DNA of 64,000 nucleotides from Hydrurus foetidus (GCA_900617105.1 UYFQ01000001.1:2232001-2296000); one strand, 5' to 3'. Numbered from the stretch's first letter, positions 21,178-31,948 are shown. Numbers and translations are program-made. Notes: a model not told the origin generated them from the sequence alone.

Positions 21178-22050
21178 TTACCCATGCCCAGGCGCCCGGT
21201 CACTTTCGCCGGGCTGGCCTCCGGGTGCGTAAAGGATCGCTCTGGGCGCGCGGCACAGGCCCCACAGCCGCACTCCAGCAAGCTCGGCCATGCCCACACC
21301 CATGGCTGTGGGCGCGGAGATAGTTGCCAATGCAGACAAGCCGAGCCGCGCGCATTTGCGCACCAGCTCGTGGCTGGCACGGCTTGACAAGATAACGAAG
21401 CCGGGCGTGCCCAGCAAATCGTTTTTGGCAAGCGCGCCGAGCAGCTTGTCCAGCGCGTTGTGGCGGCCCACGTCTTCAAAAACATCTCCCAAGTCACCAT
21501 CCATCGACGCCCAGCCAGCGGCATGCAGCGCCCCCGATTGGGCGTTGAGCGGTTGCTTGCCTTGCAATTGCGAAAACGCGTGCAACACCAGCGGCGCGTC
21601 GATGTGCCGGGCCCAGTCGTTAGGCGCAACTGGCGCGCCAAGCAAGTCCAGCGCGGCAAGGCTTTCAACGCCGCACACGCCGCAGCCTGTGCGCCCAGCC
21701 ATCACGCGGCGACGGGTTTTGAGTTGTTCAAAGCTGCGGCTTGACACTTCTACCAACACTTCAATCGCAGCCATGCCCGCAGGTAAGCCCGACTGCTCAG
21801 GGTCGGCAAGCACGACGTCAATGCCGCGCACCTCGCCTGCGTTGTCAACAATGCCTTCGCTCAATGCAAAACCCAGCGCAAACAAATCCAGGTCTTGCGG
21901 CGTGGCCATCATCACGGCGTGAGAAATGCCGTTGAACACCAGCGCAACAGGCACTTCGGCGGCCAGCATGTCTGGGGTAGCTACGCCCACACCGACGCTA
22001 GACGCATCAGCAAAAACAGCAACTGTGTGCTCAATCAGCGACGCAAGCAT
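21178..22050 (-). CDS. fdhD: Formate dehydrogenase accessory sulfurtransferase
   Basis: MMATPQDL, GCGVCG, GALHAA and EDVGRHNALDKL motifs. Confidence 0.95.
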   Translation of the reverse strand: MLASLIEHTVAVFADASSVGVGVATPDMLAAEVPVALVFNGISHAVMMATPQDLDLFALGFALSEGIVDNAGEVRGIDVVLADPEQSGLPAGMAAIEVLVEVSSRSFEQLKTRRRVMAGRTGCGVCGVESLAALDLLGAPVAPNDWARHIDAPLVLHAFSQLQGKQPLNAQSGALHAAGWASMDGDLGDVFEDVGRHNALDKLLGALAKNDLLGTPGFVILSSRASHELVRKCARLGLSALATISAPTAMGVGMAELAGVRLWGLCRAPRAILYAPGGQPGESDRAPGHG

Positions 22051-22056
22051 GGGGCA

Positions 22057-22326
22057 TCAAGCTGGGTTGGCTGCACGCCGACTGGCCTGCTTGCCCGATT
22101 CAGTTAGCCGCACCATAAAACGGTCACCGTCGGGCATAACTGTGACCCAGCCCATTCCGCACACGTCGCCCATCAAGGTCAACTGACGCATCACCACGCT
22201 GGCGCTGCGGCTTAGTGCCTTGCAAAGGCGCGGAACGGACATGCCCGCTGCACTTTCATCGCTCAGCAGCACTTGCAAAATCGCCGCAGAAAAATCGTCG
22301 ATTGCCGCCGGCGTGTTTACGGTCAC
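22057..22326 (-). CDS. Small hypothetical protein, winged-helix-like
   Basis: Overlaps the upstream stop and ends 6 bp before fdhD; SVPRLCKALSRSASVVMRQL...GWV...VRLTESG resembles a wHTH. Confidence 0.6.
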   Translation of the reverse strand: MTVNTPAAIDDFSAAILQVLLSDESAAGMSVPRLCKALSRSASVVMRQLTLMGDVCGMGWVTVMPDGDRFMVRLTESGKQASRRAANPA

Positions 22327-24689
22327 GCAGCAACTTCCACGGTCTGGTTAATGTCACGATTTATCGGCAAATTGGCCGCTGCCTCGTTTGCCGCCACGTG
22401 CGCCACCAGAACCACCGGAATGGATTTTGAAGCAGGCGTGCCAGCATTCAGCGCCACGGACGCCAGCGGCACCAGCGGATTGGTTTCGGGGTAGTAAGCA
22501 GCCAAGTTGCCGCGCGGAATGTTGTAGGCCACCAGCTTGAATCGATTGGCACGGCGCTCTTGATTGGCGTCAGCGCTAGCGTCTTCCCAAACTGTTTTGA
22601 TGTCTATCCAGTCGCCGTCTTTAAAACCCAGCGCTTTGATGTCTTCTGCATTGATAAACACCACGCGCCGCTGGCCGAACACGCCGCGGTAACGGTCGTC
22701 ATGGCCATAAATGGTGGTGTTGTACTGGTCGTGTGAGCGGGTGGTCAGCAGCGTGAAAACCAGCGTGTCGCGGTGCTTGTCCCGAGCCCGGTGCGAGGGG
22801 CTGTCTAGCGGCACAGCATGGGCGACAAAGGTAGCTTTTTTAGCGGCAGTGTTCCACACGCGCTCGCTTGCCGTGTTGCGCAACCTGAAGCCGCCGGGTT
22901 GGGCCACCCGCGTGTTGAAGTCTTTAAAGTCGACAAACACGGCCTCAATTTTGTCGCGAATGCGGCTGTAGTCTTCTATCAAATGCAGCCAGTTGGTCGT
23001 GCTGCGCTGGCCAATGGTGGCCTGTGCCAGCCGAGCAACTATGGCGGGCTCAGACAACAACTGCGGCGACGCTGGCGGGTTAATGCCAACAGAAATATGC
23101 ACCATGCTCATCGAGTCTTCCACCGTCACGCCTTGCGGGCCGCTGGCCTGCAGGTCAACTTCAGTGCGGCCCAAGCAAGACAATATCAGTGCAGCCCGGC
23201 CATGCACCACATGGCTGCGATTGAGCTTGGTGGTGACGTGTACCGTCAAATCGCAGTTGCGCAGCGCCTTGTAGGTAACGTACGTGTCGGGCGTAGCCGC
23301 CGCAAAATTTCCACCGAGTGCAAAAAACACTTTCCCGCCACCCGCAGCCATTAACTTGATGGCTTCAACCGTGTCAACTCCGTTGGCGCGCGGCGGCTCA
23401 AAGCCGAAAACTTCTTGTAGCTTGTCGAGCAAACTGGTGGGCGGCTTTTCCCAAATGCCCATGGTGCGGTCGCCCTGCACATTGCTGTGGCCGCGCACCG
23501 GGCAGGGGCCGGCACCTGGCCTGCCGATGTTGCCGCGCATCAATAGCAAATTGACCAGCATTTGAATCGTGGCTACTGAATTGGCGTGCTGCGTGATGCC
23601 CATGCCCCAGCAAAAAATGGCGCTGCCAGCGGCGCGGTACACATCAGCGGCGGCGCAAATTTGCGCTTGGCTCAAGCCAGACTCTTGCTCAAGCAGTGCC
23701 CAGGATTCAGCACGCAAGTCATCGGCCAACGCTTCAAAACCAACGGTATGTTCGGCAATAAAGGCGTGGTCAATCGTCGGCTCGCCCGCGTCTTCGCGCG
23801 CCAGCAGGTGTTTCATCATGCCTTTGGCCAGCGCAAAATCGCCACCAATGCGCAGCTGGAAATAATGGGTGCTGATGGCGGTTGCGCCCAGCGTAGCCAT
23901 TTCAACCTTGTCTTGCGGGTCGGCAAAGCGCTCCAGGCCACGCTCTTTGAGTGGGTTGAACGACACAATTTTTGCGCCACGTTTGTTGGCCGCACGCAGC
24001 TCGCCCAACATGCGCGGGTGATTGGTGCCCGGGTTTTGGCCGAAGATAAATATCGCATCGGCTTTTTCAAAATCATCGAGGGTTACCGTGCCCTTGCCCA
24101 CGCCGATTTGCTCACGCATGCCCACACCGCTGGGCTCGTGGCACATGTTGGAGCAATCGGGGAAGTTGTTGGTGCCGTATTCGCGCACAAACAACTGGTA
24201 CAAAAAGGCTGCTTCGTTGCTGGTGCGGCCCGAGGTGTAAAAGATCGCCTGGTTGGGGTCGGGCAATGCGTTAAGGTGGCTAGCGACCATTTCAAACGCA
24301 GCGTCCCACTCAATCGGCTTGTATTTGTCACTCGCTGCGTCGTACACCATCGGCTGGGTTAAGCGGCCCTGGTCTTCCAGCCAAAAGTCGCTTTTTTCGG
24401 CCAGTTGTTTCACGGTGTGCGCAGCAAAAAATTCAGCGCCCACGCGGCGAGAAGTAGCCTCAGCGGCGACTGCTTTGGCACCGTTTTCACAAAACTCAAA
24501 GGACGACGCGTGGTTGCGATCAGGCCAGGCGCAGCCTGGGCAGTCAAAGCCATCGGGCTGGTTGGCCGACAGCAATGTTTTGGCACCCTTAACGGCGATG
24601 TCTTGCGCCATCAGCGCCTGCGCCACGCTGCGCAACGCGCCCCAGCCGCCTGCCGGGCCGTTATAAAACTCGATTTTTTGTTTGGTCAT
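22323..24689 (-). CDS. FdhF/YdeP-family molybdopterin oxidoreductase
   Basis: AGGWGAL, GFDCPGCAWPD, FCENGAKA, FPDCSNMCHE, RGHSNVQG and RSHDQYNTTIYG motifs. Confidence 0.95.
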   Translation of the reverse strand: MTKQKIEFYNGPAGGWGALRSVAQALMAQDIAVKGAKTLLSANQPDGFDCPGCAWPDRNHASSFEFCENGAKAVAAEATSRRVGAEFFAAHTVKQLAEKSDFWLEDQGRLTQPMVYDAASDKYKPIEWDAAFEMVASHLNALPDPNQAIFYTSGRTSNEAAFLYQLFVREYGTNNFPDCSNMCHEPSGVGMREQIGVGKGTVTLDDFEKADAIFIFGQNPGTNHPRMLGELRAANKRGAKIVSFNPLKERGLERFADPQDKVEMATLGATAISTHYFQLRIGGDFALAKGMMKHLLAREDAGEPTIDHAFIAEHTVGFEALADDLRAESWALLEQESGLSQAQICAAADVYRAAGSAIFCWGMGITQHANSVATIQMLVNLLLMRGNIGRPGAGPCPVRGHSNVQGDRTMGIWEKPPTSLLDKLQEVFGFEPPRANGVDTVEAIKLMAAGGGKVFFALGGNFAAATPDTYVTYKALRNCDLTVHVTTKLNRSHVVHGRAALILSCLGRTEVDLQASGPQGVTVEDSMSMVHISVGINPPASPQLLSEPAIVARLAQATIGQRSTTNWLHLIEDYSRIRDKIEAVFVDFKDFNTRVAQPGGFRLRNTASERVWNTAAKKATFVAHAVPLDSPSHRARDKHRDTLVFTLLTTRSHDQYNTTIYGHDDRYRGVFGQRRVVFINAEDIKALGFKDGDWIDIKTVWEDASADANQERRANRFKLVAYNIPRGNLAAYYPETNPLVPLASVALNAGTPASKSIPVVLVAHVAANEAAANLPINRDINQTVEVAA

Positions 24690-24866
24690 GACGCTCGCTC
24701 CTTTTGGCGTAGCAAGCAAGCGAAGTCAGTGCCTGCTACAGCTTCCACAACGGAGTATTGAGCAATGCTTGTGACTGGTCAAATTCCATTCGAAAATGGA
24801 TTGATTCAAAAAATAAACGTACCGTTGAGGCGCCGTTGTTAAGAACCTTAACGTCTGATGTGGCTT

Positions 24867-25832
24867 TTACGGCTGCTCAGTCGCTTCCAGCAAGCCGCTG
24901 TGCGCAGCCACATGCCGCAACCACGCCGCATCTTGCGCCATGGACATGGCAGCGTCGAGCGTGCGCGACGTGCGGTTACTGCCCTGCAACATGAAGCCAA
25001 TGGGCGTAAGCACGTCTGGGCTAATCAGTGGCAGCGCCTCCAGCTCCCGGTAGCCGCGCACCGCGCTGATCAACGCGCCGGGCAATACGCTGCATACGTC
25101 GCCCACCGCTACGGTCAGGGCCAGAGTGAGAATCGAATTGGTCTCAATGACCGGCTTAACCACCGCGCCCGCCGTAGCAAAGGCAGCGTCAATGATCGTG
25201 CGGTTGTACATTTCACGGGTCAACAGGCACAGCGGCAAACTGGCGGCTTCCAGCCAGGTGATGGGCGACCCAATGTGCAGATGCTCTGACAGGGACTGAT
25301 CTGTTTGGCCCGACTTGCGCACTAAAAAGTAATGCTCCTTGTACTGCGGCACGTGGCGAAGCCTGGCGCCATGGTCGGCCATGCGTTCGGTGTAGCCCAA
25401 CCCCATATCTAGCGAAAAATTTTCTAAGCCCGTCTCCAGGTCTGACGAGCTGAGCGAGCGCACCACCGGTGTGATGCCGGGGTGTCGGGCTTGCAACATC
25501 GCCGCAAAACGCGCGGCAATCGGCACCGCAGTCGGCACAGCGCCAATACTCAACATGCCCTGCGGGCTGCCTGCCACACTGTTCAAGTCTTGCTGCAGCA
25601 GCTCCCGTTCGCGCAACATGCGCTGCGCGCTGGCCAGCACCCGCGCGCCCTCGGGCGTAAAGCCGCCAAATGACCGCCCCCGCGTCACGATGGCAATGCC
25701 AAACTCGTCTTCAAGTGCGCGCAGCGCGTTTGACAACGCAGGCTGGGTAATGTGGCACGCGGCAGCCGCACGGCCAAAGTGTTTGTGCTCGTCCAGCGCG
25801 GCAAGGTATCTGAGCGATGACAGCAGGTTCAT
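24867..25832 (-). CDS. LysR-family transcriptional regulator
   Basis: HFGRAAAACHITQPALSNALRALEDEFG HTH. Confidence 0.95.
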   Translation of the reverse strand: MNLLSSLRYLAALDEHKHFGRAAAACHITQPALSNALRALEDEFGIAIVTRGRSFGGFTPEGARVLASAQRMLRERELLQQDLNSVAGSPQGMLSIGAVPTAVPIAARFAAMLQARHPGITPVVRSLSSSDLETGLENFSLDMGLGYTERMADHGARLRHVPQYKEHYFLVRKSGQTDQSLSEHLHIGSPITWLEAASLPLCLLTREMYNRTIIDAAFATAGAVVKPVIETNSILTLALTVAVGDVCSVLPGALISAVRGYRELEALPLISPDVLTPIGFMLQGSNRTSRTLDAAMSMAQDAAWLRHVAAHSGLLEATEQP

Positions 25833-25852
25833 TGCGGTTTTGCGACTTTGAT

Positions 25853-26941
25853 CTAGGTGTCTTTTGAAATCGTGATGCTCGGGAACTTGGCTGAAAAATC
25901 TTTGGCTTTTGCCGCCACCGAGACCGCCAGTTTGCGGGCAATGGCCTTGTACAAACCCGCCACGCTGCCTTGCGGGTCGGCCACCACGGTGGGCGTGCCG
26001 CCATCGGCCTGCAGGCGAATTTGCATGTCCAGTGGCAAGCCTCCCAGGTAGTCCATCTGGTAGTCAGCTGCCATTTTTTTGCCGCCATCTTCACCAAATA
26101 TATGCTCGACGTGCCCACAATTTGTGCAAACGTGCACGGCCATGTTTTCAACGATACCCAAAATCGGCACGCCGACTTTTTCAAACATTTTGATACCTTT
26201 GCGCGCATCAAGCAATGCAATGTCTTGCGGCGTAGTAACGATGACCGCGCCGGTTAAAGGCACGCGCTGGCTGAGGGTAAGCTGAATGTCACCCGTGCCC
26301 GGCGGCATGTCAACGATCAAATAATCGAGGTCTTGCCAGTTGGTTTGCCTCAGCAACTGGTCTAGCGCCTGTGTGGCCATGGGGCCGCGCCAGATCATGG
26401 CCTGGTCGGGCTCGACCAGAAAGCCAATCGACATCACCTGCAGGCCGTGGCCGCGCATCGGCTCCATGCTTTTGCCATCAATGCTTTCAGGCTTGCCCGT
26501 CAAGCCCATCATCATCGGAATGCTGGGGCCGTAAATGTCTGCATCGAGCAAACCAACGCTGGCGCCCTCAGCCGCCAACGCCAACGCCAAATTAACCGCG
26601 GTGGTGCTCTTGCCTACGCCGCCTTTGCCCGACGCCACTGCAATGATGTTTTTTACACCGGGCAACAACTGCACGCCGCGCTGCACGCTGTGGGCGGCAA
26701 CTTGTGTGCTGGTGGTGATGGTGACGCTGCTGACGCCTTCAACCGTCAAGGCTGCGGCGGTCAATGCTTTTTCAAATGCAGCGTGCTGGCTTTTGGCGGG
26801 GTAGGCCAGTTCAAGATCAAAAGAGGCGGCGCTTCCGTCAATTTTTACGTTTCTCAACGCCTTGCTGGCAACGAAGTCTTTGCCAGTGTTGGGGTCAATG
26901 ACGGCGGCAAGTGCTTGTAGTAGCTGGTCTGTAGTGGGCAT
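25853..26941 (-). CDS. apbC: Fe-S cluster carrier ATPase Mrp/ApbC
   Basis: SGKGGVGKST, DADIYGPS, DMPPGTGD and CTNC motifs; divergent from metG as in other proteobacteria. Confidence 0.96.
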   Translation of the reverse strand: MPTTDQLLQALAAVIDPNTGKDFVASKALRNVKIDGSAASFDLELAYPAKSQHAAFEKALTAAALTVEGVSSVTITTSTQVAAHSVQRGVQLLPGVKNIIAVASGKGGVGKSTTAVNLALALAAEGASVGLLDADIYGPSIPMMMGLTGKPESIDGKSMEPMRGHGLQVMSIGFLVEPDQAMIWRGPMATQALDQLLRQTNWQDLDYLIVDMPPGTGDIQLTLSQRVPLTGAVIVTTPQDIALLDARKGIKMFEKVGVPILGIVENMAVHVCTNCGHVEHIFGEDGGKKMAADYQMDYLGGLPLDMQIRLQADGGTPTVVADPQGSVAGLYKAIARKLAVSVAAKAKDFSAKFPSITISKDT

Positions 26942-27020
26942 GCTGGGTTTTTTGGTTGACGCCCATCAGTGTAGCCAAGCCACCTAAAATGGTGCGTTCC
27001 CCCAATAAGAAACACTACCC

Positions 27021-29177
27021 ATGACCCGCCAACTGTTCGTTACCACCGCCCTGCCGTACGCCAATGGCAAATTTCACATTGGCCACATCATGGAATACAT
27101 TCAGGCTGACATTTGGGTGCGGTTTCAACGCATGCAGGGCAATGTGGTGAACTTTGTCGGCGCTGACGACGCCCACGGCGCGCCCATCATGATTGCGGCT
27201 GAAAAAGCAGGCGTGACGCCGCAGCAGTTTGTGGCCGATATTGCGGCTGGGCGCAAAGAATATCTGGACGGTTTTCATATCAGTTTTGACAACTGGAGCT
27301 CGACCGACTCGCCCGAAAATCACGAGTTGGCTCAGCAAATTTACCGTGATCTCAAGAGCAACGATTTGATTGATGTGAAAACCATTGAGCAATTCTTTGA
27401 CCCGGAAAAAAACATGTTTTTGCCGGACCGATACATCAAAGGTACTTGCCCCAAATGCGGTACCAAAGACCAGTACGGCGACAACTGCGAAAACTGCGGT
27501 GCGGTGTATGCACCGACTGATTTGATCAACCCGTATTCAGCCTTGTCAGGTGCTACGCCAGTGCTCAAAAGCTCAGAGCATTTTTTCTTCAAGTTGTCAG
27601 ACCGACGTTGCGTGGAGTTTTTGCAAGAGTGGACGCAAGACGGAAAGCTGCAACCCGAAGTGGCCAACAAGGTCAAAGAGTGGTTCAGCGTACGCACCAA
27701 CCCCGACGGCACCAAGAGCGAAGGCTTGGGCGACTGGGACATCAGCCGTGACGCGCCTTACTTTGGCATTGAGATACCTGATGCGCCGGGCAAGTATTTT
27801 TATGTGTGGCTGGATGCGCCAGTAGGGTATTTGGCATCGCTAAAAAACCTGCTGGAAAACCGCGGGGAGAACTTCGATGCATACATGGCACAGCCCGGCC
27901 TGGAGCAGCACCATTTCATCGGCAAAGACATCGTGACCTTTCACACGCTGTTCTGGCCCGCCATGCTCAAGTTTAGCGGCCGCAAAACGCCCGACAAGAT
28001 TCACGTCCACGGTTTTTTGACGGTGAACAATGGCGAAAAAATGAGCAAAAGCCGGGGTACGGGGCTTGACCCGCTCAAATACCTGAGCCTGGGCATGAAC
28101 CCGGAGTGGCTGCGGTATTACTTGGCTGCAAAGTTGAATGCAAGAAATGAAGACATTGACTTCAATGCTGATGACTTTATGGCTCGGGTGAATTCGGATT
28201 TGATTGGCAAGTTCGTGAATATTGCTAGTCGCACTGCACCGTTTTTCGCGAAACATTTTGACAACAAAATGCAAGCGATTGCCATGAGTTCATATCAAGG
28301 CATAACTGTAACTGCCCACACTGCGGGACTTGCAGTAGCTCTAGCTAACAGCAGAGACATTAAGGCAGCGTTTGAAGCGCGGGAATTTAGCAAAGCGCTT
28401 CGCTTGACAATGGAAGTAGCTGATGCGTTGAATAAAGAATTTGATGGGTTCAAGCCTTGGATTTTAGCCAAGACCGCGGCTACCGACCCAGTGGCAAAAG
28501 AGCAACTGGCGCAAATCTGTGCGTCTTCAATCGCCGGATTCAAAGCACTGACTATCTTCCTAAAACCGGTATTGCCAAAGTTGGCTGAAGAAGCTGAACG
28601 ATTCCTCAACTGCGCCCCTCTATCCTGGTCAGATTTGGATCTATCCATGAATGTTGATGAATTTATTCCGCCGGGACACACGTTTGAGCAAAGCAAGTTT
28701 CTTCCCTTGGGACATGAGCTAGACAACTTTAAACCACTAATGCAACGTGTTGATATCACACAACTCGATACCCTCTTCAAAGCCCCAGCCGCCCCTGAAC
28801 CCGAAAAGCTCACCCCCGGCGGCGAAGAATTCGCCCCTCTAATTACCATCGACGACTTCGCCAAAATAGACCTGCGCATCGCCAAAATCGTCAATTGCGA
28901 GGCAGTTGAAGGCTCAGTCAAGCTGCTGCGGTTAACGCTAGATGTGGGCGAGGGAAAAACACGCAACGTCTTCAGCGGCATCGCCAGCGCCTACCAACCT
29001 GCAGACCTGATTGGCAAGCACACCGTGATGGTGGCCAACCTGGCACCGCGCAAGATGAAGTTCGGTATCAGTGAAGGCATGGTCCTTGCGGCTAGCCATT
29101 CAGATGAAAAAGCGCAACCGGGAATTTATGTACTTGAGCCGCTGCCCGGCGCTGTTCCGGGCATGCGGGTACGGTAA
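27021..29177 (+). CDS. metG: Methionine--tRNA ligase with C-terminal tRNA-binding domain
   Basis: HIGH, zinc knuckles CPKC and CENC, YVWLDA, KMSKS and the C-terminal DLRIAKI...SEGMVL domain. Confidence 0.98.
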   Translation: MTRQLFVTTALPYANGKFHIGHIMEYIQADIWVRFQRMQGNVVNFVGADDAHGAPIMIAAEKAGVTPQQFVADIAAGRKEYLDGFHISFDNWSSTDSPENHELAQQIYRDLKSNDLIDVKTIEQFFDPEKNMFLPDRYIKGTCPKCGTKDQYGDNCENCGAVYAPTDLINPYSALSGATPVLKSSEHFFFKLSDRRCVEFLQEWTQDGKLQPEVANKVKEWFSVRTNPDGTKSEGLGDWDISRDAPYFGIEIPDAPGKYFYVWLDAPVGYLASLKNLLENRGENFDAYMAQPGLEQHHFIGKDIVTFHTLFWPAMLKFSGRKTPDKIHVHGFLTVNNGEKMSKSRGTGLDPLKYLSLGMNPEWLRYYLAAKLNARNEDIDFNADDFMARVNSDLIGKFVNIASRTAPFFAKHFDNKMQAIAMSSYQGITVTAHTAGLAVALANSRDIKAAFEAREFSKALRLTMEVADALNKEFDGFKPWILAKTAATDPVAKEQLAQICASSIAGFKALTIFLKPVLPKLAEEAERFLNCAPLSWSDLDLSMNVDEFIPPGHTFEQSKFLPLGHELDNFKPLMQRVDITQLDTLFKAPAAPEPEKLTPGGEEFAPLITIDDFAKIDLRIAKIVNCEAVEGSVKLLRLTLDVGEGKTRNVFSGIASAYQPADLIGKHTVMVANLAPRKMKFGISEGMVLAASHSDEKAQPGIYVLEPLPGAVPGMRVR

Positions 29178-29222
29178 CGCGGAGCAAACCGAGCGCCATT
29201 CGCCCTTGACTTAACCAGCCTC

Positions 29223-29987
29223 ATGCATCCCCACATTCACGGCTGGATAGACATCAACAACCGCACGGTGCAAACCAACACGCGTCTGGGCGCGGTGCTG
29301 GCCTTTGTGGCGGGCGCAACCAACGCGGGCGGGTTTCTGGCAGTGGGTACCTACACATCGCACATGACGGGCGTGGTCTCCAGCCTGGCGGACCACTTGG
29401 TGCTGGGTGAGCTGGCGCTTGCCGCCGCCAGCATAGGCGCGCTGGCCGCATTTTTGCTGGGCGCCATGACAACCGCCTGGTTTGTCAACTGGGGCCTGCG
29501 TGAAAAGCTGACCAGCGCCTACGGTTTGCCGCTGCTGCTGGAGTCGGTGTTGCTGCTAATTTTTGGTATTTTTGGCGCAGTGATCAGCTTGTGGTCGCAC
29601 TTTTTTGTGCCGCTGACCGTGCTGCTGCTTTGCTTCATCATGGGACTGCAAAACGCAGTCATTACCAAAATTTCGAAAGCCGAAATTCGCACCACCCACG
29701 TTACCGGGCTGGTGACTGACCTGGGCATTGAGCTAGGTAAGCTGCTGTACATCAACCGAAGCCAACCCTTGCAAAACAGCTTTGCCGAGCCAGTGCGCGC
29801 CAACCGAGCCAAATTGCGTTTACACCTCATTTTGATCAGCAGCTTTTTTACCGGCGCTGTGTGCGGCGCCTTGGGTTTCAAGTTTTGGGGCTATATAACC
29901 ACCGTGCCGCTGGCGCTGGCACTGCTGCTGCTGGTCTTGCAGCCAGTGGCCCACGATGTGCTGGCGCGGCGGCCGCATTGGCGTTAG
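29223..29987 (+). CDS. YoaK/DUF1275 family membrane protein
   Basis: LAFVAGATNAGGF, TSHMTG, MGLQNA and IRTTHVTG motifs. Confidence 0.88.
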   Translation: MHPHIHGWIDINNRTVQTNTRLGAVLAFVAGATNAGGFLAVGTYTSHMTGVVSSLADHLVLGELALAAASIGALAAFLLGAMTTAWFVNWGLREKLTSAYGLPLLLESVLLLIFGIFGAVISLWSHFFVPLTVLLLCFIMGLQNAVITKISKAEIRTTHVTGLVTDLGIELGKLLYINRSQPLQNSFAEPVRANRAKLRLHLILISSFFTGAVCGALGFKFWGYITTVPLALALLLLVLQPVAHDVLARRPHWR

Positions 29988-30027
29988 CCGTGGCCGCGCG
30001 CTGTGGCCATACGAACATCCGCTGTAT

Positions 30028-30075
30028 GCTATTAATAAATGAGCTGCTTACGCCCGTATTAATTGGGCTACAGGC
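30028..30075 (-). repeat. 48-bp dispersed element, copy 6
   Basis: Plus strand GCTATTAATAAATGAGC-TGCTTAC-GCCCGTATTAATTGGGC-TACAGGC. Confidence 0.92.
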
Positions 30076-30095
30076 GGGCTGATACATGAAAAAGG

Positions 30096-30668
30096 CTACC
30101 GGTTGGGCTGATTGGCCACTTCTTCAAGCACAGAAGCCGTGCTGACCACCATCAGGTTTTGGTCAAACACCACCGTAAAAATCGTTGGGCTGTTGGGCGG
30201 CACCAGGTAGCGCCAGTCGTAATGGGTTTGCTGCTTCAAGTCGTAGCGCTGCACCTTCATGGGTTTGCCGAGCATTTTGCGCACGGTTTCCATCGGCATG
30301 CCGGGGAGCACTTGCGCAAAGTTCTGCTCTTTCAGCACTTGTTTAAGCGCGCTCATCTTGCCGTCTGGCCCCAGCGTGATCATGTAATTCACTGCGCCCG
30401 CGGGCTGGCGGTTGTATTCAAAGGTGCGCGCACCAGGCATTGCAGCCGCCCCCGATGAGCCGGATGTAGGCAACTTGGCCATGTCGCTGGCGTCCCAAAT
30501 CTTTTCAGGCTCGCCAAAGCGGGCACGCACGTCTGCCTCGGTGGCTACGCCTTCTTCCAGCTCGGCAATGCGCTGCGGGTCACATCCCGACAAGCCAGCC
30601 AGCAAGCCGCCCAGTGCAGCAAACAAACCCATAGTCCAGATCACTTTCTGCGCGTTTTGAAGTCGCAT
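30096..30668 (-). CDS. Lipoprotein with two SmpA/OmlA (BamE-like) repeats
   Basis: Lipobox LSGC; repeats GVATEADVRARFGEP and GMPMETVRKMLGKP. Confidence 0.75.
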   Translation of the reverse strand: MRLQNAQKVIWTMGLFAALGGLLAGLSGCDPQRIAELEEGVATEADVRARFGEPEKIWDASDMAKLPTSGSSGAAAMPGARTFEYNRQPAGAVNYMITLGPDGKMSALKQVLKEQNFAQVLPGMPMETVRKMLGKPMKVQRYDLKQQTHYDWRYLVPPNSPTIFTVVFDQNLMVVSTASVLEEVANQPNR

Positions 30669-30729
30669 GGCCGTCCCCGTTAAAATCAATCAACTATACC
30701 GACGCGGTCGGCACAACCTCAAAGCGCCC

Positions 30730-30948
30730 ATGTCATTTTTTCGCCGCCCCGACTACACGTCTGAAATCACGCAGTTTATTGACAAGCTGAAGGCTGACAA
30801 GCCCACGCTTGAGGCCGAACAGCGCGCCGGGCGAGCCCTGCTGTGGGACAAAAATCTGAAACTCGCCGAACAGGCTGATTTTTTAGACGGCACCGTTGCA
30901 CAGCAAGCCTATGTGTACGGCACCGGCAAACATGACAACGCCAAATAA
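30730..30948 (+). CDS. DUF3460-like small protein
   Basis: YTSEITQFI...LEAEQRAGRALLWDK; lies upstream of scpA. Confidence 0.75.
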   Translation: MSFFRRPDYTSEITQFIDKLKADKPTLEAEQRAGRALLWDKNLKLAEQADFLDGTVAQQAYVYGTGKHDNAK

Positions 30949-30993
30949 ACTGCATTTCTATGCCTTTTTTCAGGTGTCTTTTAGGCTTTATTG

Positions 30994-31041
30994 GCCTGTA
31001 GCCCAGTCAATACAGGCGCGAGCAGCTATTAATAGCGTAGC
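30994..31041 (+). repeat. 48-bp dispersed element, copy 7
   Basis: GCCTGTA-GCCCAGTCAATACAGGC-GCGAGCA-GCTATTAATAGCGTAGC. Confidence 0.92.
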
Positions 31042-31070
31042 AAATAACTGTGCCTTTTGACTTTCAACGC

Positions 31071-31919
31071 ATGGCAACCCACCTTCCCAACACACTAGAT
31101 TTGGCCTCGCCGGGCGCTGACTCGCCGTTTGTCGTCGACCAAGTGGCTTTGGCGCGACTGTATGGCGAGCCGCTGTTTGCCATGCCGCGCGACCTGTACA
31201 TTCCGCCTGATGCGCTGCAGGTTTTTCTAGAGGCCTTTGAAGGCCCGCTTGACTTGCTGCTGTACCTGATTCGCAAGCAAAACTTCAATATTCTCGACAT
31301 TCCGATGGCGGCGGTAACTCGGCAGTACCTGGTTTACGTCGATGAAATTCGCACCACCAATTTAGAGCTGGCGGCTGAATATTTGCTGATGGCCGCGATG
31401 CTGATTGAAATCAAGTCGCGCATGTTGCTGCCGCCGAAAAAAGTGGCGGAGGGTCAAGAAGCAGAAGACCCACGCGCCGAGCTGGTACGCCGCCTGCTGG
31501 AATACGAGCAAATCAAACTTGCCGCGCACCAGCTGAACGCCATGCCGCAATTTGGCCGCGACTTTTTGCGCGCGCAAGTCTACGTTGAGCAAGCGTTGCA
31601 GCCGCGCTTTCCTGACGTTTACATCGTTGATTTGCAAGACGCTTGGGCGGCCATCGTCAAGCGTGCCAAGCTGGTGCAGCACCACGTAATTTCCAGGGAA
31701 GAACTGTCGGTGCGCGAACACATGAGTATTGTTTTGCGCAAGCTGCAAGGTCGCAAATTTTTAGAGTTTGAAGACCTGTTTGATGCAGCGCGGGGCATGC
31801 CTGTGCTGGTGGTCACGTTTATCGCGCTGCTTGAATTGTCAAAAGAGGGCTTGCTGGAAGTAACGCAGGCCGAGGTGTATGCACCGATTTATGTGCGGCT
31901 GGCTTACACGCCGATTTGA
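31071..31919 (+). CDS. scpA: Segregation and condensation protein A (kleisin)
   Basis: FEGPLDLLLYLIRK, AEYLLMAA...IKSRMLLP, DPRAELVRRLLEYE and VTFIALLEL motifs. Confidence 0.95.
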   Translation: MATHLPNTLDLASPGADSPFVVDQVALARLYGEPLFAMPRDLYIPPDALQVFLEAFEGPLDLLLYLIRKQNFNILDIPMAAVTRQYLVYVDEIRTTNLELAAEYLLMAAMLIEIKSRMLLPPKKVAEGQEAEDPRAELVRRLLEYEQIKLAAHQLNAMPQFGRDFLRAQVYVEQALQPRFPDVYIVDLQDAWAAIVKRAKLVQHHVISREELSVREHMSIVLRKLQGRKFLEFEDLFDAARGMPVLVVTFIALLELSKEGLLEVTQAEVYAPIYVRLAYTPI

Positions 31920-31948
31920 CGCCCGCGCTTAAACCCCGCCACTGCGGC

